Of a DNA stretch of 64,000 bases, positions 29,704 through 40,554 are shown in pieces (position 1 is the first letter of the stretch; the number at the start of each line of letters is the position of its first letter). The stretch lies in IMG/VR virus record IMGVR_UViG_2713896798_000008. One strand, 5' to 3'. The translations under genes and the position numbers were made by a program. The notes under the pieces are model-generated. The model saw only the letters and a list, made by a program, of their open reading frames with translations, ran no database searches and was not told the origin of the DNA. Origin of the DNA: a virus (lineage: Duplodnaviria > Heunggongvirae > Uroviricota > Caudoviricetes).

Positions 29704-30348
29704 ATGGAAAGCCTTGGCATTAGGCTTAAGAAACTCAGAAAAGACAAAGGTCTGACCCAAGTTGAACTTGGCAAGCTTTCTGGCGTAACTGGGGTAACAA
29801 TAGGATACTGGGAGAAAGATCTAAACGAACCAGGTAGCAAAGCTCTTAGTAAATTAGCCCTAGCACTAGGCACTACTGAGTCCTATCTCCTGTATGGAGT
29901 ATCATCACCTGAATCATCCCTTGTGCAGAAAAATCCAGGTATCCAAATCCCATACCTTTCTTGGGGAGAAGCGATTTCTTTCCTAATATTAAAAGGAGAG
30001 AAAACTATGGGAAATGTCGACAGGATCACCACATTCTTTGATGTCAAGGAGGGAGATTTTGCCGTTTCAATGCCTGATGATACTATGCACAATCCATCAG
30101 GGTCCCCAAGCATTCCAGTTGGAGCCACAGTGATCATGAGGCCTAGCGAAAAATATAAAAATGGTAGCATCGTCGCAGTAATAGTCCCAGATCCACTCAC
30201 AAACGAACCATCCATGACTATAAAAAAATTAGTTATTGATGGAAAGCTCGTGTACTTAGCCCCCCTTAACCCACGCTATCAATCATCCTTACTTACACCG
30301 GAATGTAACATCGTTGCTGTAGCAAAAGGTGTTCAGTTCAGCCTCTAG
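29704..30348 (+). CDS. CI-like repressor (HTH_XRE N-domain plus S24 LexA-like peptidase C-domain)
   Basis: 214-aa ORF; HTH LTQVELGKLSGVTGVTIGYWE; C-terminal S24 fold with Ser/Lys dyad context. Confidence 0.85.
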   Translation: MESLGIRLKKLRKDKGLTQVELGKLSGVTGVTIGYWEKDLNEPGSKALSKLALALGTTESYLLYGVSSPESSLVQKNPGIQIPYLSWGEAISFLILKGEKTMGNVDRITTFFDVKEGDFAVSMPDDTMHNPSGSPSIPVGATVIMRPSEKYKNGSIVAVIVPDPLTNEPSMTIKKLVIDGKLVYLAPLNPRYQSSLLTPECNIVAVAKGVQFSL

Positions 30349-30400
30349 CTCCCGCTTTGCCCTGTAATCAGAGGTCGGCTTTGTCGGCCTTTTATCTTAA

Positions 30401-30448
30401 AAATATTTATATTCAACTTGACGGCAAAACTAAATATTCTTATATTCA
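30401..30448 (+). promoter_or_regulatory. pL-like promoter (TTGACG-17-TATATT) overlapped by two operator-like repeats AAATATT(C)TATATTCA
   Basis: -35 at 30418-30423, -10 at 30441-30446; repeat copies at 30401-30416 and 30432-30448, third copy at 29671-29687. Confidence 0.5.
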
Positions 30449-30620
30449 TTACAACCCACCCCGCTTCACAGAATGCAGGGCAATACTTCGAGTTACCCGG
30501 CAGTGGTCAGGGGTTAAGTAGCCAGCCCGAGGCGTATGAACATGACGGCGGGAACACTTTGTATAACAGCGCAGCAGGTTTTTAGTTCCGCGACCCGGCG
30601 TTAAGGGGAAATGAGGTCAA

Positions 30621-30773
30621 CATGGATACCATCGATCTTGGCAACAACGAATCTCTGGTGTGCGGCGTCTTCCCCAATCAGGACGGCACGTTTACCGCGA
30701 TGACGTATACCAAAAGTAAAACGTTTAAAACCGAAGCTGGCGCGCATCGCTGGTTAGCCAGAAACGCCAACTG
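30621..30773 (+). CDS. YdfA-like small protein
   Basis: 50-aa ORF MDTIDLGNNESLVCGVFPNQDGTF... with strong SD; first gene after pL. Confidence 0.45.
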
Positions 30774-30920
30774 ATTAGCGCCAGTAAAAACAGGTTTCCA
30801 CAGGTTAATGTACCCTGAAAAGTCATGGCATAACACGAAAGCGCACGGAGAGGTTTCTTTGCATATAAGTCTTGTCGTTAAATTTCTTCGACCGTGCGCT
30901 TCCGGTTGTGTAGCCAGTGC

Positions 30921-30980
30921 AACCTCGTGGTGTACCCATTGGCGGCATCGGTTTGTTGCTGACTGATGTCCGCCCTTTTT
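30921..30980 (+). ncRNA. dicF: DicF-like small RNA with intrinsic terminator
   Basis: GGCGGCATCGGTTT...CCGCCCTTTTT terminator and downstream TAAAGTGAATTTTGTGATG match recalled K-12 dicF locus; 5' region differs; ends approximate. Confidence 0.5.
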
Positions 30981-31163
30981 AAAGTGAATTTTGTGATGCG
31001 GTGAATGCGGCTATGCGCACGCGGAACAGTTAAAACCGTAAAGTGGTATTTTACGGGGCGCAACGGGCATCCTTCTGTATTCCGACGTTAATTGTTAACT
31101 GGTTAACGTCACCTGGAGGCACCAGGCGCCGCATCAACAAAATTCATTGTTGAGGACGCGATA

Positions 31164-31352
31164 ATGGAAACGTCACTACCAAACGTTAATACGTCTGAAG
31201 GGTGTTTTGATATTGGTATTCTGCTCAGTAACCGGGAGTTTACTGAAGATGCCATTAAGATGAGAAAATATGAGCCTTATCTTCTCAATGATAATTCCAT
31301 ACTTTCCCGAATTGCTCTTCTTGAACTTGGTATTTTCGGAGAACGTCAATGA
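31164..31352 (+). CDS. dicB: Cell division inhibitor DicB-like
   Basis: 62-aa ORF METSLPNVNTSEGCFDIGILLSN.EFTEDAIKMRK, close to K-12 DicB. Confidence 0.7.
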   Translation: METSLPNVNTSEGCFDIGILLSNREFTEDAIKMRKYEPYLLNDNSILSRIALLELGIFGERQ

Positions 31353-31537
31353 CTTCAGCATTTGCACTGATGATGACGGTTTTTCTTATAACGGGTGAAT
31401 CACAGAATGTGATTACCGGAATTTATGCCAGTAAAGAATCCTGCCTCCAGGCAAGAGACGAGCAAAAAATTTCTGGTGAATGCCTCCCGGTAAAAAAAGT
31501 ATCGCTGTACCTGAATAACGAAACACCGGCTGGATAA
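31349..31537 (+). CDS. ydfD: YdfD-like small membrane protein
   Basis: 62-aa ORF with hydrophobic N-terminus, ATGA-coupled to dicB. Confidence 0.6.
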   Translation: MTSAFALMMTVFLITGESQNVITGIYASKESCLQARDEQKISGECLPVKKVSLYLNNETPAG

Positions 31538-31629
31538 CCCTCCAGCCATATTAACACCATACCAACGGATTAAAAATGCCAGCAATGGCAGGGATTTGTT
31601 CACCCTTAAATCTGTAATGAGGTTTATCA

Positions 31630-34092
31630 ATGAGCACTGATAAAGAAGAATTTGCGCTATATTGCGAAGCAAAAAATGACAAAGTCAGAAAACGTCTGGG
31701 AATTAAAGGTGGTTTTTACTGGACTACAGCAAAAAAATTATCTGTTGCCATCTCCCGCTGCATTACCGCAATGGATGACAACGATTATGATGAAGACGAC
31801 TTTAAAAAACCCGTTCGCGTCCATTTACCCGTTGTGAATGACCTTCCACCTGAAGGCGTGTTTGATACCGAATTCTGCAACCGATACGAAAAAGGCGGGG
31901 AAGATGGCATTACAATGGTATTTATCGCGCCCTCTCCCTCCGTGCAGGAGAAACCAGCCAGTACTGACAATACCAACGTCAACGGCGAAGACATGACGGA
32001 GATTGAGGAGAATATGCTCCTGCCGGTTTCTGGTCAGGAGCTGCCCATTCGCTGGCTTGCGCAACACGGCAGCGAAAAACCAGTAACGCACGTTGCACGG
32101 GAAGAACTTCAGGCATTACATATAGCACGGGCGGAAGAACTGCCGGCTGTTACTGCCCTGGCCATTTCTCACAAAACAAAGCTGCTCGACCCGCTGGAGA
32201 TTCGCGACCTTCACAAACTGGTACGCGACACTGACAAAGTTTTCCCTAATCCCGGTAATTCAGACCTGGGACTGATAACTGCTTTTTTCGAGGCATACCT
32301 GGACGCTGACTACACTGATCGGGGTCTGCTGACAAAAGAGTGGATGAAAGGAAATCGTGTTTCGCGTATCACCCGTACGGCTTCCGGTGCAAATGCCGGT
32401 GGCGGGAACAAAACCGATCGCAATCCGAATTTAGTACACACCTTCGATACGCTGGATGTGGAGATTGCAGCAGCCACACTTCCGATGGATTTTAATATTT
32501 ATGAAATTCCGGGCAGCGTTTATCGTCGCGCAAAAGAAATCGTCCTGAAAAGAGAAAGTCCGTTCAAAGAATGGTCCGCAGCACTTCGCGCAACCCCGGG
32601 TATTCTGGACTATTCCCGCGCCGCTATTTTTGCACTTATCCGGAGCGCTCACCCTGAGTTTTATCACTACCCGGGACGCCTTCAGGGGTATATCAACGCC
32701 TACTTAACGGAGACTGATCACGAGAACCCCAGCAAGGAAACTCTCACTGCTGCACGACATACACCGGAAAAAGATATCCTGGAAGAAGTTAACCGCGAAC
32801 TGTCTGCTAAGCAGGAAACAGAAGAAGAAGAAAATGATGAAGAAAAACCGCAACCATCTTGCGCAATGGCAGATGAACAGGCAACGGCTGAAACAGTGGA
32901 ACCGGATGCAACTGAACATCATCAGGACACGCAGCCGCTGGATGCTCAGTCACAGGTAAATTCTGTTGATGCGAAATATCAGAAACTGCGGGCAGAACTC
33001 CATGAAGCCCGGAAAAACATTCCGCCCCAAAATCCTGTCGATGCAGACAAATTACTGGCTGCCTCTCGCGGAGAATTTGTTGAAGGGATTAGCGACCCGA
33101 ATGATCCGAAATGGATTAAGGGGATCCAGACCCGCGATTCTGTGTACCAGAACCAGCAAGAAACGGAACAGAACGACCAGAAAGCGGAACAAAACAGCCC
33201 AAATGCGTTACAAAACGAGCCAGAAACGAAACAGCCTGAACCAGTGGCGCAACAGGAAGTGGAAAAAGTCTGCACCGCCTGCGGTCAGACCGGCGGCGGC
33301 AACTGCCCTGATTGTGGCGCGGTGATGGGCGACGCAACATACCAGGAAATATTCGATGACAAGAACCTGGTTGAAGTTCAGGAAGACGATTCGGAGAAAA
33401 TGGAAGGCGCTGAACATCCACACAAGGAGAATGCTGGCAGCGCTCAGGACCACGCCAGCGATAGTGAAACTGGCGAGACGGCAGATCCCTTAATTACGGT
33501 GAACGGTCATCACGTTATCACATCCACCAGCAGGACGTGTGACCATCTAATGATCGACCTTGAAACCATGGGAAAAAATCCTGATGCCCCGATTATCTCA
33601 ATAGGTGCAATATTTTTCGATCCGCAAACCGGAGATATGGGACCGGAATTTAGTAAGACTATCGATCTGGAAACTGCTGGCGGAGTCATTGATCGGGACA
33701 CCATTAAATGGTGGCTTAAGCAATCACGCGAAGCGCAATCTGCCATTATGACCGATGAAATCCCGTTAGATGATGCACTGTTACAATTGCGGGAATTTAT
33801 CGACGAAAACTCCGGTGAATTTTTTGTTCAGGTCTGGGGAAATGGAGCCAACTTCGACAACACGATTTTGCGCCGTTCATACGAACGGCAGGGGATCCCC
33901 TGCCCGTGGCGTTACTACAACGATCGCGATGTGCGCACAATCGTTGAGCTGGGGAAAGCCATAGACTTCGATGCCAGAACGGCTATTCCATTCGAAGGTG
34001 AGCGCCATAATGCACTTGATGACGCCCGTTACCAGGCAAAATACGTTTCAGTTATCTGGCAAAAACTGATCCCGAGTCAGGCTGATTCTTAA
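31630..34092 (+). CDS. Exonuclease: RecE N-terminal-like region, zinc ribbon, C-terminal DEDDh (DnaQ-like) 3'-5' exonuclease domain
   Basis: 820-aa ORF; N-region resembles RecE non-catalytic part; [16 protein letters not shown] ribbon; C-terminal [21 protein letters not shown] motifs. Confidence 0.7.
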   Translation: MSTDKEEFALYCEAKNDKVRKRLGIKGGFYWTTAKKLSVAISRCITAMDDNDYDEDDFKKPVRVHLPVVNDLPPEGVFDTEFCNRYEKGGEDGITMVFIAPSPSVQEKPASTDNTNVNGEDMTEIEENMLLPVSGQELPIRWLAQHGSEKPVTHVAREELQALHIARAEELPAVTALAISHKTKLLDPLEIRDLHKLVRDTDKVFPNPGNSDLGLITAFFEAYLDADYTDRGLLTKEWMKGNRVSRITRTASGANAGGGNKTDRNPNLVHTFDTLDVEIAAATLPMDFNIYEIPGSVYRRAKEIVLKRESPFKEWSAALRATPGILDYSRAAIFALIRSAHPEFYHYPGRLQGYINAYLTETDHENPSKETLTAARHTPEKDILEEVNRELSAKQETEEEENDEEKPQPSCAMADEQATAETVEPDATEHHQDTQPLDAQSQVNSVDAKYQKLRAELHEARKNIPPQNPVDADKLLAASRGEFVEGISDPNDPKWIKGIQTRDSVYQNQQETEQNDQKAEQNSPNALQNEPETKQPEPVAQQEVEKVCTACGQTGGGNCPDCGAVMGDATYQEIFDDKNLVEVQEDDSEKMEGAEHPHKENAGSAQDHASDSETGETADPLITVNGHHVITSTSRTCDHLMIDLETMGKNPDAPIISIGAIFFDPQTGDMGPEFSKTIDLETAGGVIDRDTIKWWLKQSREAQSAIMTDEIPLDDALLQLREFIDENSGEFFVQVWGNGANFDNTILRRSYERQGIPCPWRYYNDRDVRTIVELGKAIDFDARTAIPFEGERHNALDDARYQAKYVSVIWQKLIPSQADS

Positions 34093-34164
34093 TGTTCAAC
34101 TGTCGCCGGTTGTGACTGGTATTCTGCAACCGGCGCTCGTCTGATGTAAGAGATAAAGAAAGCG

Positions 34165-34416
34165 ATGAGCGAAGTAATCATGATTGTCTCTCCCGGCAAA
34201 TGGGTATCCGAAGAGCAGTTAATTGCGCTGAAAGGAATAAAAAAAGGTACGTTAAAAAAGGCCCGGGAAAAATCGTTTATGGAAGGAAGGGAATATAAGC
34301 ATGTCGCTCATGACGGTATGCCATGGGATAACAGTCCATGCTTTTACAACCTGGAAGAAATTGATCGCTGGATTGAGCGCCAGGCATCTGCAAGACCAAG
34401 ACGTCATCTTGCTTGA
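34165..34416 (+). CDS. Excisionase-like protein
   Basis: 83-aa ORF immediately upstream of integrase; identical copy at 62434-62685. Confidence 0.6.
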   Translation: MSEVIMIVSPGKWVSEEQLIALKGIKKGTLKKAREKSFMEGREYKHVAHDGMPWDNSPCFYNLEEIDRWIERQASARPRRHLA

Positions 34417-34435
34417 CTAAAAGCAACACGAACCA

Positions 34436-35731
34436 ATGAGAGAAGCTGAAATGAAATATCCGACAGGCGTGGAAAACCATGGAGGGAAATTACGTATCTG
34501 GTTTGTTTATAAAGGTGTAAGAGTCCGGGAAAATCTTGGGGTTCCTGACACAGCAAAAAACAGGCGCATTGCAGGTGAGCTACGCGCCTCTGTTTGTTAC
34601 GCAATAAAAACTGGCGCTTTCGACTATGCAAAACAGTTTCCCGCCTCACACAATCTGGAAAAATTTGGTGAGGCCCGACAAGATTTAACCATAAAAGAAC
34701 TGGCTGAAAAATTTCTGGCACTGAAAGAAACTGAAGTCGCAAAAACGTCACTCAACACGTACCGTGCCGTCATCAAAAATATTCTGAGCATAATCGGTGA
34801 AAAAAATCTTGCATCATCGATTAATAAAGAAAAATTGCTGGCGGTACGTAAAGAGTTACTGACTGGATACCAGATCCCCAAAAGTAACTATATTGTTACA
34901 CAACCCGGGAGATCGGCTGTTACCGTAAATAATTACATGACAAATCTTTACGCCGTGTTCCAGTTTGGTGTTGATAACGGTTATCTGGCAGACAATCCAT
35001 TTAAGGGGATCTCACCATTAAAGGAGTCGAGAACCATCCCGGATCCACTTTCGCGGGAGGAGTTTATCCGCCTTATTGACGCGTGCAGAAATCAGCAAGC
35101 CAAAAATTTATGGTGTGTTTCCGTTTATACTGGGATTCGCCCTGGTGAACTCTGTGCGCTTGGATGGGAAGATATAGATCTGAAAAATGGAACAATGATA
35201 ATCAGAAGAAATCTGGCAAAAGACCGTTTTACAGTACCAAAAACACAGGCGGGAACCAATCGTGTGATTCACCTTATTAAGCCCGCAATCGACGCTCTCC
35301 GGAGTCAGATGGCACTAACGAGACTGAGCAAAGAGCATATCATCGATGTTCACCTCAGAGAATTCGGCAGAACAGAGAAACAAAAATGTACCTTTGTTTT
35401 TCAACCTGAAGTGTCAGCGAAAGTAAAAAATTATGGCGACCATTTTACCGTTGACTCAATAAGGCAGATGTGGGACGCAGCGGTAAAGCGTGCCGGAATC
35501 CGCCATCGCAAATCGTATCAGTCGAGACACACTTATGCCTGCTGGTCGTTAACAGCAGGAGCTAACCCGGCATTCATTGCAAACCAGATGGGCCATGCAG
35601 ATGCGCAAATGGTGTTTCAGGTGTACGGGAAATGGATGTCAGAAAATAATAATGCGCAGGTAACGCTGTTAAATACACAGTTAAGCGAGTTTGCCCCAAC
35701 CATGCCCCATAACGAAGCGATGAAAAGTTAA
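34436..35731 (+). CDS. Tyrosine integrase (lambda family)
   Basis: 431-aa ORF with catalytic R...HxxR...Y context (RHRKSYQSRHTYACW); about 95 percent identical to copy at 62705-64000. Confidence 0.9.
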   Translation: MREAEMKYPTGVENHGGKLRIWFVYKGVRVRENLGVPDTAKNRRIAGELRASVCYAIKTGAFDYAKQFPASHNLEKFGEARQDLTIKELAEKFLALKETEVAKTSLNTYRAVIKNILSIIGEKNLASSINKEKLLAVRKELLTGYQIPKSNYIVTQPGRSAVTVNNYMTNLYAVFQFGVDNGYLADNPFKGISPLKESRTIPDPLSREEFIRLIDACRNQQAKNLWCVSVYTGIRPGELCALGWEDIDLKNGTMIIRRNLAKDRFTVPKTQAGTNRVIHLIKPAIDALRSQMALTRLSKEHIIDVHLREFGRTEKQKCTFVFQPEVSAKVKNYGDHFTVDSIRQMWDAAVKRAGIRHRKSYQSRHTYACWSLTAGANPAFIANQMGHADAQMVFQVYGKWMSENNNAQVTLLNTQLSEFAPTMPHNEAMKS

Positions 35732-36562
35732 TTTTTTATTTATCAATTAGTTAGATTGAATGACTCTTGAAATCCATAATTCACAGGTGTTTTTTCCCAT
35801 CCTGTGGTTTCCTTGGCGTTTTCTAGGTTTTTTCAGATAGTTGCATTTTTTAAAAAGCATCCTAAGTTCGATCTCAGTGTCTATCTGGGGCCCATTTCTG
35901 TCCCATATATGCCCCAAAAAAACTCCTCAACAGATAAGTAGTTTTTTCATGGAGTTACGCGTAAAATCAATAACGGCTGGAAATCATTCAATACTCGCAC
36001 TATCGAAAAATTTACCAGCCAACCGCAGCACGTTCTTGCATAAGGCGTGTCTGCGGTTTTTCAACTATTCAGATACATCACTCCCATCACATTCATTCCT
36101 CCACATCAAAGGCATATAGGCTATATCACCTTGATATTTTTCTTCTTCAGATAAAAACTGTTATCTATGTATACTTTTAAACCCAATCCGTGTAGAGTCT
36201 CTGCATAAGATAGTTTGCAGTTGCCACTTCAGCTTGCGCCATAAACCGCCTGATTTTTGCCGCCATCTGTTAGCATTCCTGTATACCTGAAACGACAATG
36301 TTTATCTACGAACTTTAAGAACACCCAGGATAAAAATTGTCAACTATATCATATATAACACATTACTAATTCGAGGCTATATGAACAGCATACTGATAAT
36401 CACTTCGCTCCTTATCATATTCAGCATTTTTAGTCATGCTCTAATAAAATTAGGGATTGGCATATCCAATAACCCAGACAAAACCGATGTATAAGTCAAC
36501 ATATCCTGAATCAGACATACAATATCGCAATGAAAATCAATAATATTTTAAGGAATATATTC

Positions 36563-36796
36563 ATGAAATCAAAAGACACCCTAAAGTGGTTCCCTGCGCA
36601 GCTTCCTGAAGTCAGAATTATCCTAGGGGATGCTGTAGTGGAAGTAGCAAAACAGGGAAGACCTATCAATACCAGAACATTGCTTGATTACATTGAAGGA
36701 AACATAAAGAAAAAATCATGGCTGGATAACAAAGAATTATTACAAACAGCGATATCAGTTCTTAAAGACAACCAAAATTTAAATGGTAAAATGTAA
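36563..36796 (+). CDS. ydfK: YdfK/YnaE-like cold-shock-induced prophage protein
   Basis: MKSKDTLKWFPAQLPEV... with AAGGA SD; leftmost gene of Qin-like module. Confidence 0.65.
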   Translation: MKSKDTLKWFPAQLPEVRIILGDAVVEVAKQGRPINTRTLLDYIEGNIKKKSWLDNKELLQTAISVLKDNQNLNGKM

Positions 36797-37112
36797 TATA
36801 ATAAACTTACTTTTTTATCATTTTTCCACTTTAACAACATTTTGCTCCACTTTTCCACGACCAAACAACTTGAAATCTGGTTAAAATAACACGCAACACT
36901 ATTCTTCTTCCTTGAGTCCGCCCGGAACTCGAAAAACAAACCGAGTTAAAGCCATTTTTCACAAAATCGATTTTGGGTCTCACCAAAGTTACGGGGTTGC
37001 ATACGCATTCGTTTATTTTCGAACGTGTACATACAAATATGCACAAAAATAATCAAAATTATTTTCTGAGATGCATTATGATATGAACACCAATTTCGTA
37101 TAGAGTCTCACT

Positions 37113-37703
37113 ATGTCTCGAATTTTTGCTTACTGTCGGATATCAACGCTGGATCAGACCACCGAAAATCAACGCCGGGAAATCGAAAGTGCAGGTTTTA
37201 AAATCAAACCTCAGCAAATAATCGAAGAACACATTAGCGGCTCAGCAGCAACCAGTGAGCGTCCTGGTTTTAACCGGTTGCTTGCTCGCCTGAAATGTGG
37301 TGATCAATTGATTGTGACAAAACTGGATCGCCTTGGTTGTAATGCAATGGATATCAGGAAAACAGTGGAACAACTGACCGAAACAGGTATCAGAGTGCAT
37401 TGCTTAGCATTGGGGGGCATTGACCTGACCAGTCCAACAGGAAAAATGATGATGCACGTAATTTCAGCAGTCGCTGAATTTGAACGAGACCTTTTACTTG
37501 AACGCACTCATTCCGGGATAGTAAGAGCCCGCGGCGCAGGGAAACGTTTTGGTCGACCACCTGTGTTAAATGAAGAACAGAAACAGGTGGTATTCGAACG
37601 AATTAAGTCAGGTGTAAGTATAAGTGCCATTGCCCGGGAATTCAAAACCTCGCGGCAAACCATTTTAAGAGCCAAAGCAAAACTTCAGACACCTGACATA
37701 TAA
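37113..37703 (+). CDS. pin: Serine recombinase, Pin/Gin/Hin DNA invertase family
   Basis: [20 protein letters not shown]... catalytic Ser in RIS, C-terminal HTH. Confidence 0.9.
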   Translation: MSRIFAYCRISTLDQTTENQRREIESAGFKIKPQQIIEEHISGSAATSERPGFNRLLARLKCGDQLIVTKLDRLGCNAMDIRKTVEQLTETGIRVHCLALGGIDLTSPTGKMMMHVISAVAEFERDLLLERTHSGIVRARGAGKRFGRPPVLNEEQKQVVFERIKSGVSISAIAREFKTSRQTILRAKAKLQTPDI

Positions 37704-37800
37704 AAAATAATCTCGGTGTGAGATGCTTTACGTCTTCCAAGCCCCCTTCCTTGCCGTAAATGGAGAGATACATCTAATTATAGAATTTATATGTTTTACC

Positions 37801-38376
37801 CTACGGCAGTGCTGGCCATTCAATATCCGGTGCAGTTGATGTATCAACACGGTTCAGCAACACCCGATACTTTTTCCAGGCTTCCAGCAACAAGGTTTCT
37901 TCCTCCGTTGCGATCTCCAGATCCACAGCATCCTGAAGCGGCGCTATATGCTCACTGGCTATCTGCATCAGGCTGTTTTTTGTTTCTTCCGCCTCCCGGA
38001 TCCGGAACAGTTTTTCTGCTTCCGTATCCTTCACCCAGGCTGTGCCGTTCCACTTCTGATATTCCCCTCCCGGCGATAACCAGGTAACATTTTCCGGTAA
38101 CGGACCGAGTTCAGAAATAAATAACGCGTCGCCGGAAGCCACGTCATAAACCGTTTTACCCCGATGATCTTCAACGAGATGCCACGATGCCTCATCACTG
38201 TTGAAAACAGCCACGAAGCCTGCCGGAATATCTGGCGGTGCAATATCGGTACTGTTTGCTGGCAGACCTGTATGAGGCGGAATATATGCGTCACCTTCAC
38301 CAATAAATTCATTAGTTCCGGCCAGCAGATTATAAATTTTTATGGTCCGTGGTTGTTCACTCATTCTGAATGCCAT
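37801..38376 (-). CDS. Tail fiber assembly protein (Tfa)
   Basis: 191-aa ORF, Tfa-like; adjacent to pin and tail fiber C-terminal fragment. Confidence 0.8.
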   Translation of the reverse strand: MAFRMSEQPRTIKIYNLLAGTNEFIGEGDAYIPPHTGLPANSTDIAPPDIPAGFVAVFNSDEASWHLVEDHRGKTVYDVASGDALFISELGPLPENVTWLSPGGEYQKWNGTAWVKDTEAEKLFRIREAEETKNSLMQIASEHIAPLQDAVDLEIATEEETLLLEAWKKYRVLLNRVDTSTAPDIEWPALP

Positions 38377-39955
38377 TACGCAAGCCTCACAATATAGTTA
38401 AATGCGATGTTTTTGACGGTGTTTTCCGCGTTACCAGCAGCGTTAACGGTGATGGTATGTCCATGTGAACCAATCGCAACGGAGTGCGTATGAGCACCAA
38501 TACCGACAGTATGTGCGTGTGCACCTGCGCTTGCAGCAGTACCCGATACAGAGTGCGTATGAGCGCCTGCAGAAGAAGTGTTAACACTGTATTTAGAATA
38601 ATCAGGTGATCCACTTCCCGGAGCACCACTGGAACCACCTGAAACAAATGTCATCGAATGGGTATGTGCACCGGCTGTCCCCATGCATTTACCGCCCGGA
38701 CTGTCAGCCTGTAATTTCCCAGCGCCAGCTGCGTGAAGCGATATGTGGTTTCCGTCGTCCGGGCCGTGCTGACCAACCGCTCACTGCCGTCGTCCGCTGC
38801 CACGGTCAGGCGAAGCATAAAGCTCACCCCCTTCACCACCTTCGGCGTGTCCCAGCGCGCCAGCACCTGGTATTCCCCGCTGTCTGCGGTGACTTCTGCG
38901 GTCAGGTGCTGAACTGCTGGCGGCGTGACACCATTCACCGTGCCGCTCTGGTCACCGTCAAAGTGCGCCCCGTTATCCACGATGGCTTCTTTCTCCGGTA
39001 CATGCTGCACGGCAGTGATGGCATACGTACCGTCATCGTTCTCACGGATACTCACACAGCGGAACAGGCGCTGACGCAGCGTCGGCAGCTTCAGCCCCCA
39101 CACGCTGTACTCGGCAACGCCGTCAGGAACCCGGCTCACTTTCACCTTCACGCCGTCGGTGACGGACTGGACCTCCACGCTCACCGGATTACCCTGCCCG
39201 TCAACCAGGCTTATCAGCGTGGTGCCGGAGGATGGCAGCGTGATTTCACGGTCGAGCGTCAGTGTCCGCGTCTGGCTGTTCACCGCCAGCACGCGCCCGC
39301 CGATGCTGATCCCCGCATAGTCATCATCACAGATTTCAATGACATCACCTGGTACATGGCGAAGCCCTTCGGCACCCACGCTGAAGTCCACGGTCTGCGT
39401 TTCCAGCAGTTCCGTTTTAATCAGCCACAGCCCGGCTCGGTGCGCCTGCCCCCGCCTGGTACAGCCAAAGGCATCCATCTTCGTGACGTTACGACCGTAA
39501 CGGGCAATGGCCTGCGTGTCCTCCACAAGCTCTGTCGCCGTCTCCCAGCCGTTATCCGGGTCAATCCAGTTCACCTCAACGGCATTATGGCGGTCCTTCA
39601 GGGCGCTGAAGCTGTAGCGGAACGGCGCGCCATCATCCGGCATCACCACATTACTGCGGTTATAGGTCCACACCTTATCTGATGGTCGGTCCTGCACGAA
39701 CGTCAGCGTCTGCCCGTTCCATACCGGCATACAGCGCATCGCCGAGCAGAAATCACTGAGAACATCCCACGCCTTACGCTGTGTGGTCAGCCAGGCATTA
39801 CAGGTGATGCGCGGCTCCGTGCCGCCAAAACCGTCCGGCACCGACTGGTCGCAACACTGGCCGATGACATACAGCGCCCATTTATCCACATCTGCCGCAC
39901 CAAGACGTTTACCCATGCCGTAGCGCGGGTGGCTGGAGATCTGTCTCGCTGGCCT
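38376..39955 (-). pseudogene. Tail fiber remnant: lambda J central-domain fragment joined to Stf-type C-terminal GAHTHS-repeat domain, frameshifted near 38651-38684
   Basis: ORF 38651-40018 matches lambda gpJ central region but lacks J N- and C-termini; ORF 38376-38684 carries GAHTHS repeats in another frame. Confidence 0.65.
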
Positions 39956-40166
39956 GCCGCAGTTCTTCAACTTCCCGGCGCAGCTTTTCGTTCTCAATTT
40001 CAGCATCCCTTTCGGCATACCATTTTATGACGGCGGCAGAATCATAAAGCACCTCATTACCCTTGCCACCGCCTCGCAGAACGGGCATTCCCTGTTCCTG
40101 CCAGTTCTGAATGGTACGGATACTCGCACCGAAAATGTCAGCCAGCTGCTTTTTGTTGACTTCCAT
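39909..40166 (-). pseudogene. Nu1 terminase small subunit N-terminal fragment (nohQ-like), fused by deletion to J fragment
   Basis: MEVNKKQLADIFGASIRTIQNWQEQGMPVLRGGGKGNEVLYDSAAVIKWYAERDAEIENEKLRREVEELR matches lambda Nu1 N-terminus then diverges. Confidence 0.8.
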
Positions 40167-40343
40167 TGTTCATTCCACGGACAAAAACAGAGAAAGGAAA
40201 CGACAAAGGCCAAAAAGCCCGCTTTCAGCACCTGTCGTTTCCTTTCTTTTCAGGGGGTATTTTAAATAAAAACATTAAGTTACGACGAAGAAGAACGGAA
40301 ACACCTTAAACCGGAAAATTTTCATAAATAGCGAAAACCCGCG

Positions 40344-40355
40344 AGGTCGCCGCCC
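40344..40355 (-). other. Lambda-type cosN cohesive-end sequence (GGGCGGCGACCT) with flanking cosB/cosQ
   Basis: Plus strand AGGTCGCCGCCC; surrounding 40170-40420 matches reverse complement of lambda genome ends as recalled. Confidence 0.7.
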
Positions 40356-40554
40356 CGTAACCTGTCGGATCACCGGAAAGGACCCGTAAAGTGATAATGA
40401 TTATCATCTACATATCACAACGTGCGTGGAGGCCATCAAACCACGTCAAATAATCAATTATGACGCAGGTATCGTATTAATTGATCTGCATCAACTTAAC
40501 GTAAAAACAACTTCAGACAATACAAATCAGCGACACTGAATACGGGGCAACCTC

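Larger units (their letters stand above)
33000..35731 (+). repeat. Direct repeat copy 1 (exo 3' half, xis, int), pairs with 61300-64000
   Basis: Visual alignment: long stretches nearly identical (e.g. 33521-34160 vs 61790-62430). Confidence 0.8.

Noticed and set aside
30878-31063. 61-aa minus-strand ORF
   Set aside because: Overlaps the DicF-like RNA and its terminator on the opposite strand; not coding
35841-36119. 92-aa plus-strand ORF in the inter-prophage junction
   Set aside because: AT-rich junction region, no ribosome-binding site, low-complexity translation; more likely att-site/noncoding DNA
38606-39682. 358-aa plus-strand ORF
   Set aside because: Antisense to the lambda J-like fragment, whose own translation is clearly meaningful; spurious
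40381-40400. Fur-box-like palindrome GTGATAATGATTATCATC (and TGATAATGGTTATCA at 13797-13812)
   Set aside because: Matches the reverse complement of the lambda right-end cos-proximal sequence, so it is more likely a conserved packaging-region element than an iron-regulated operator
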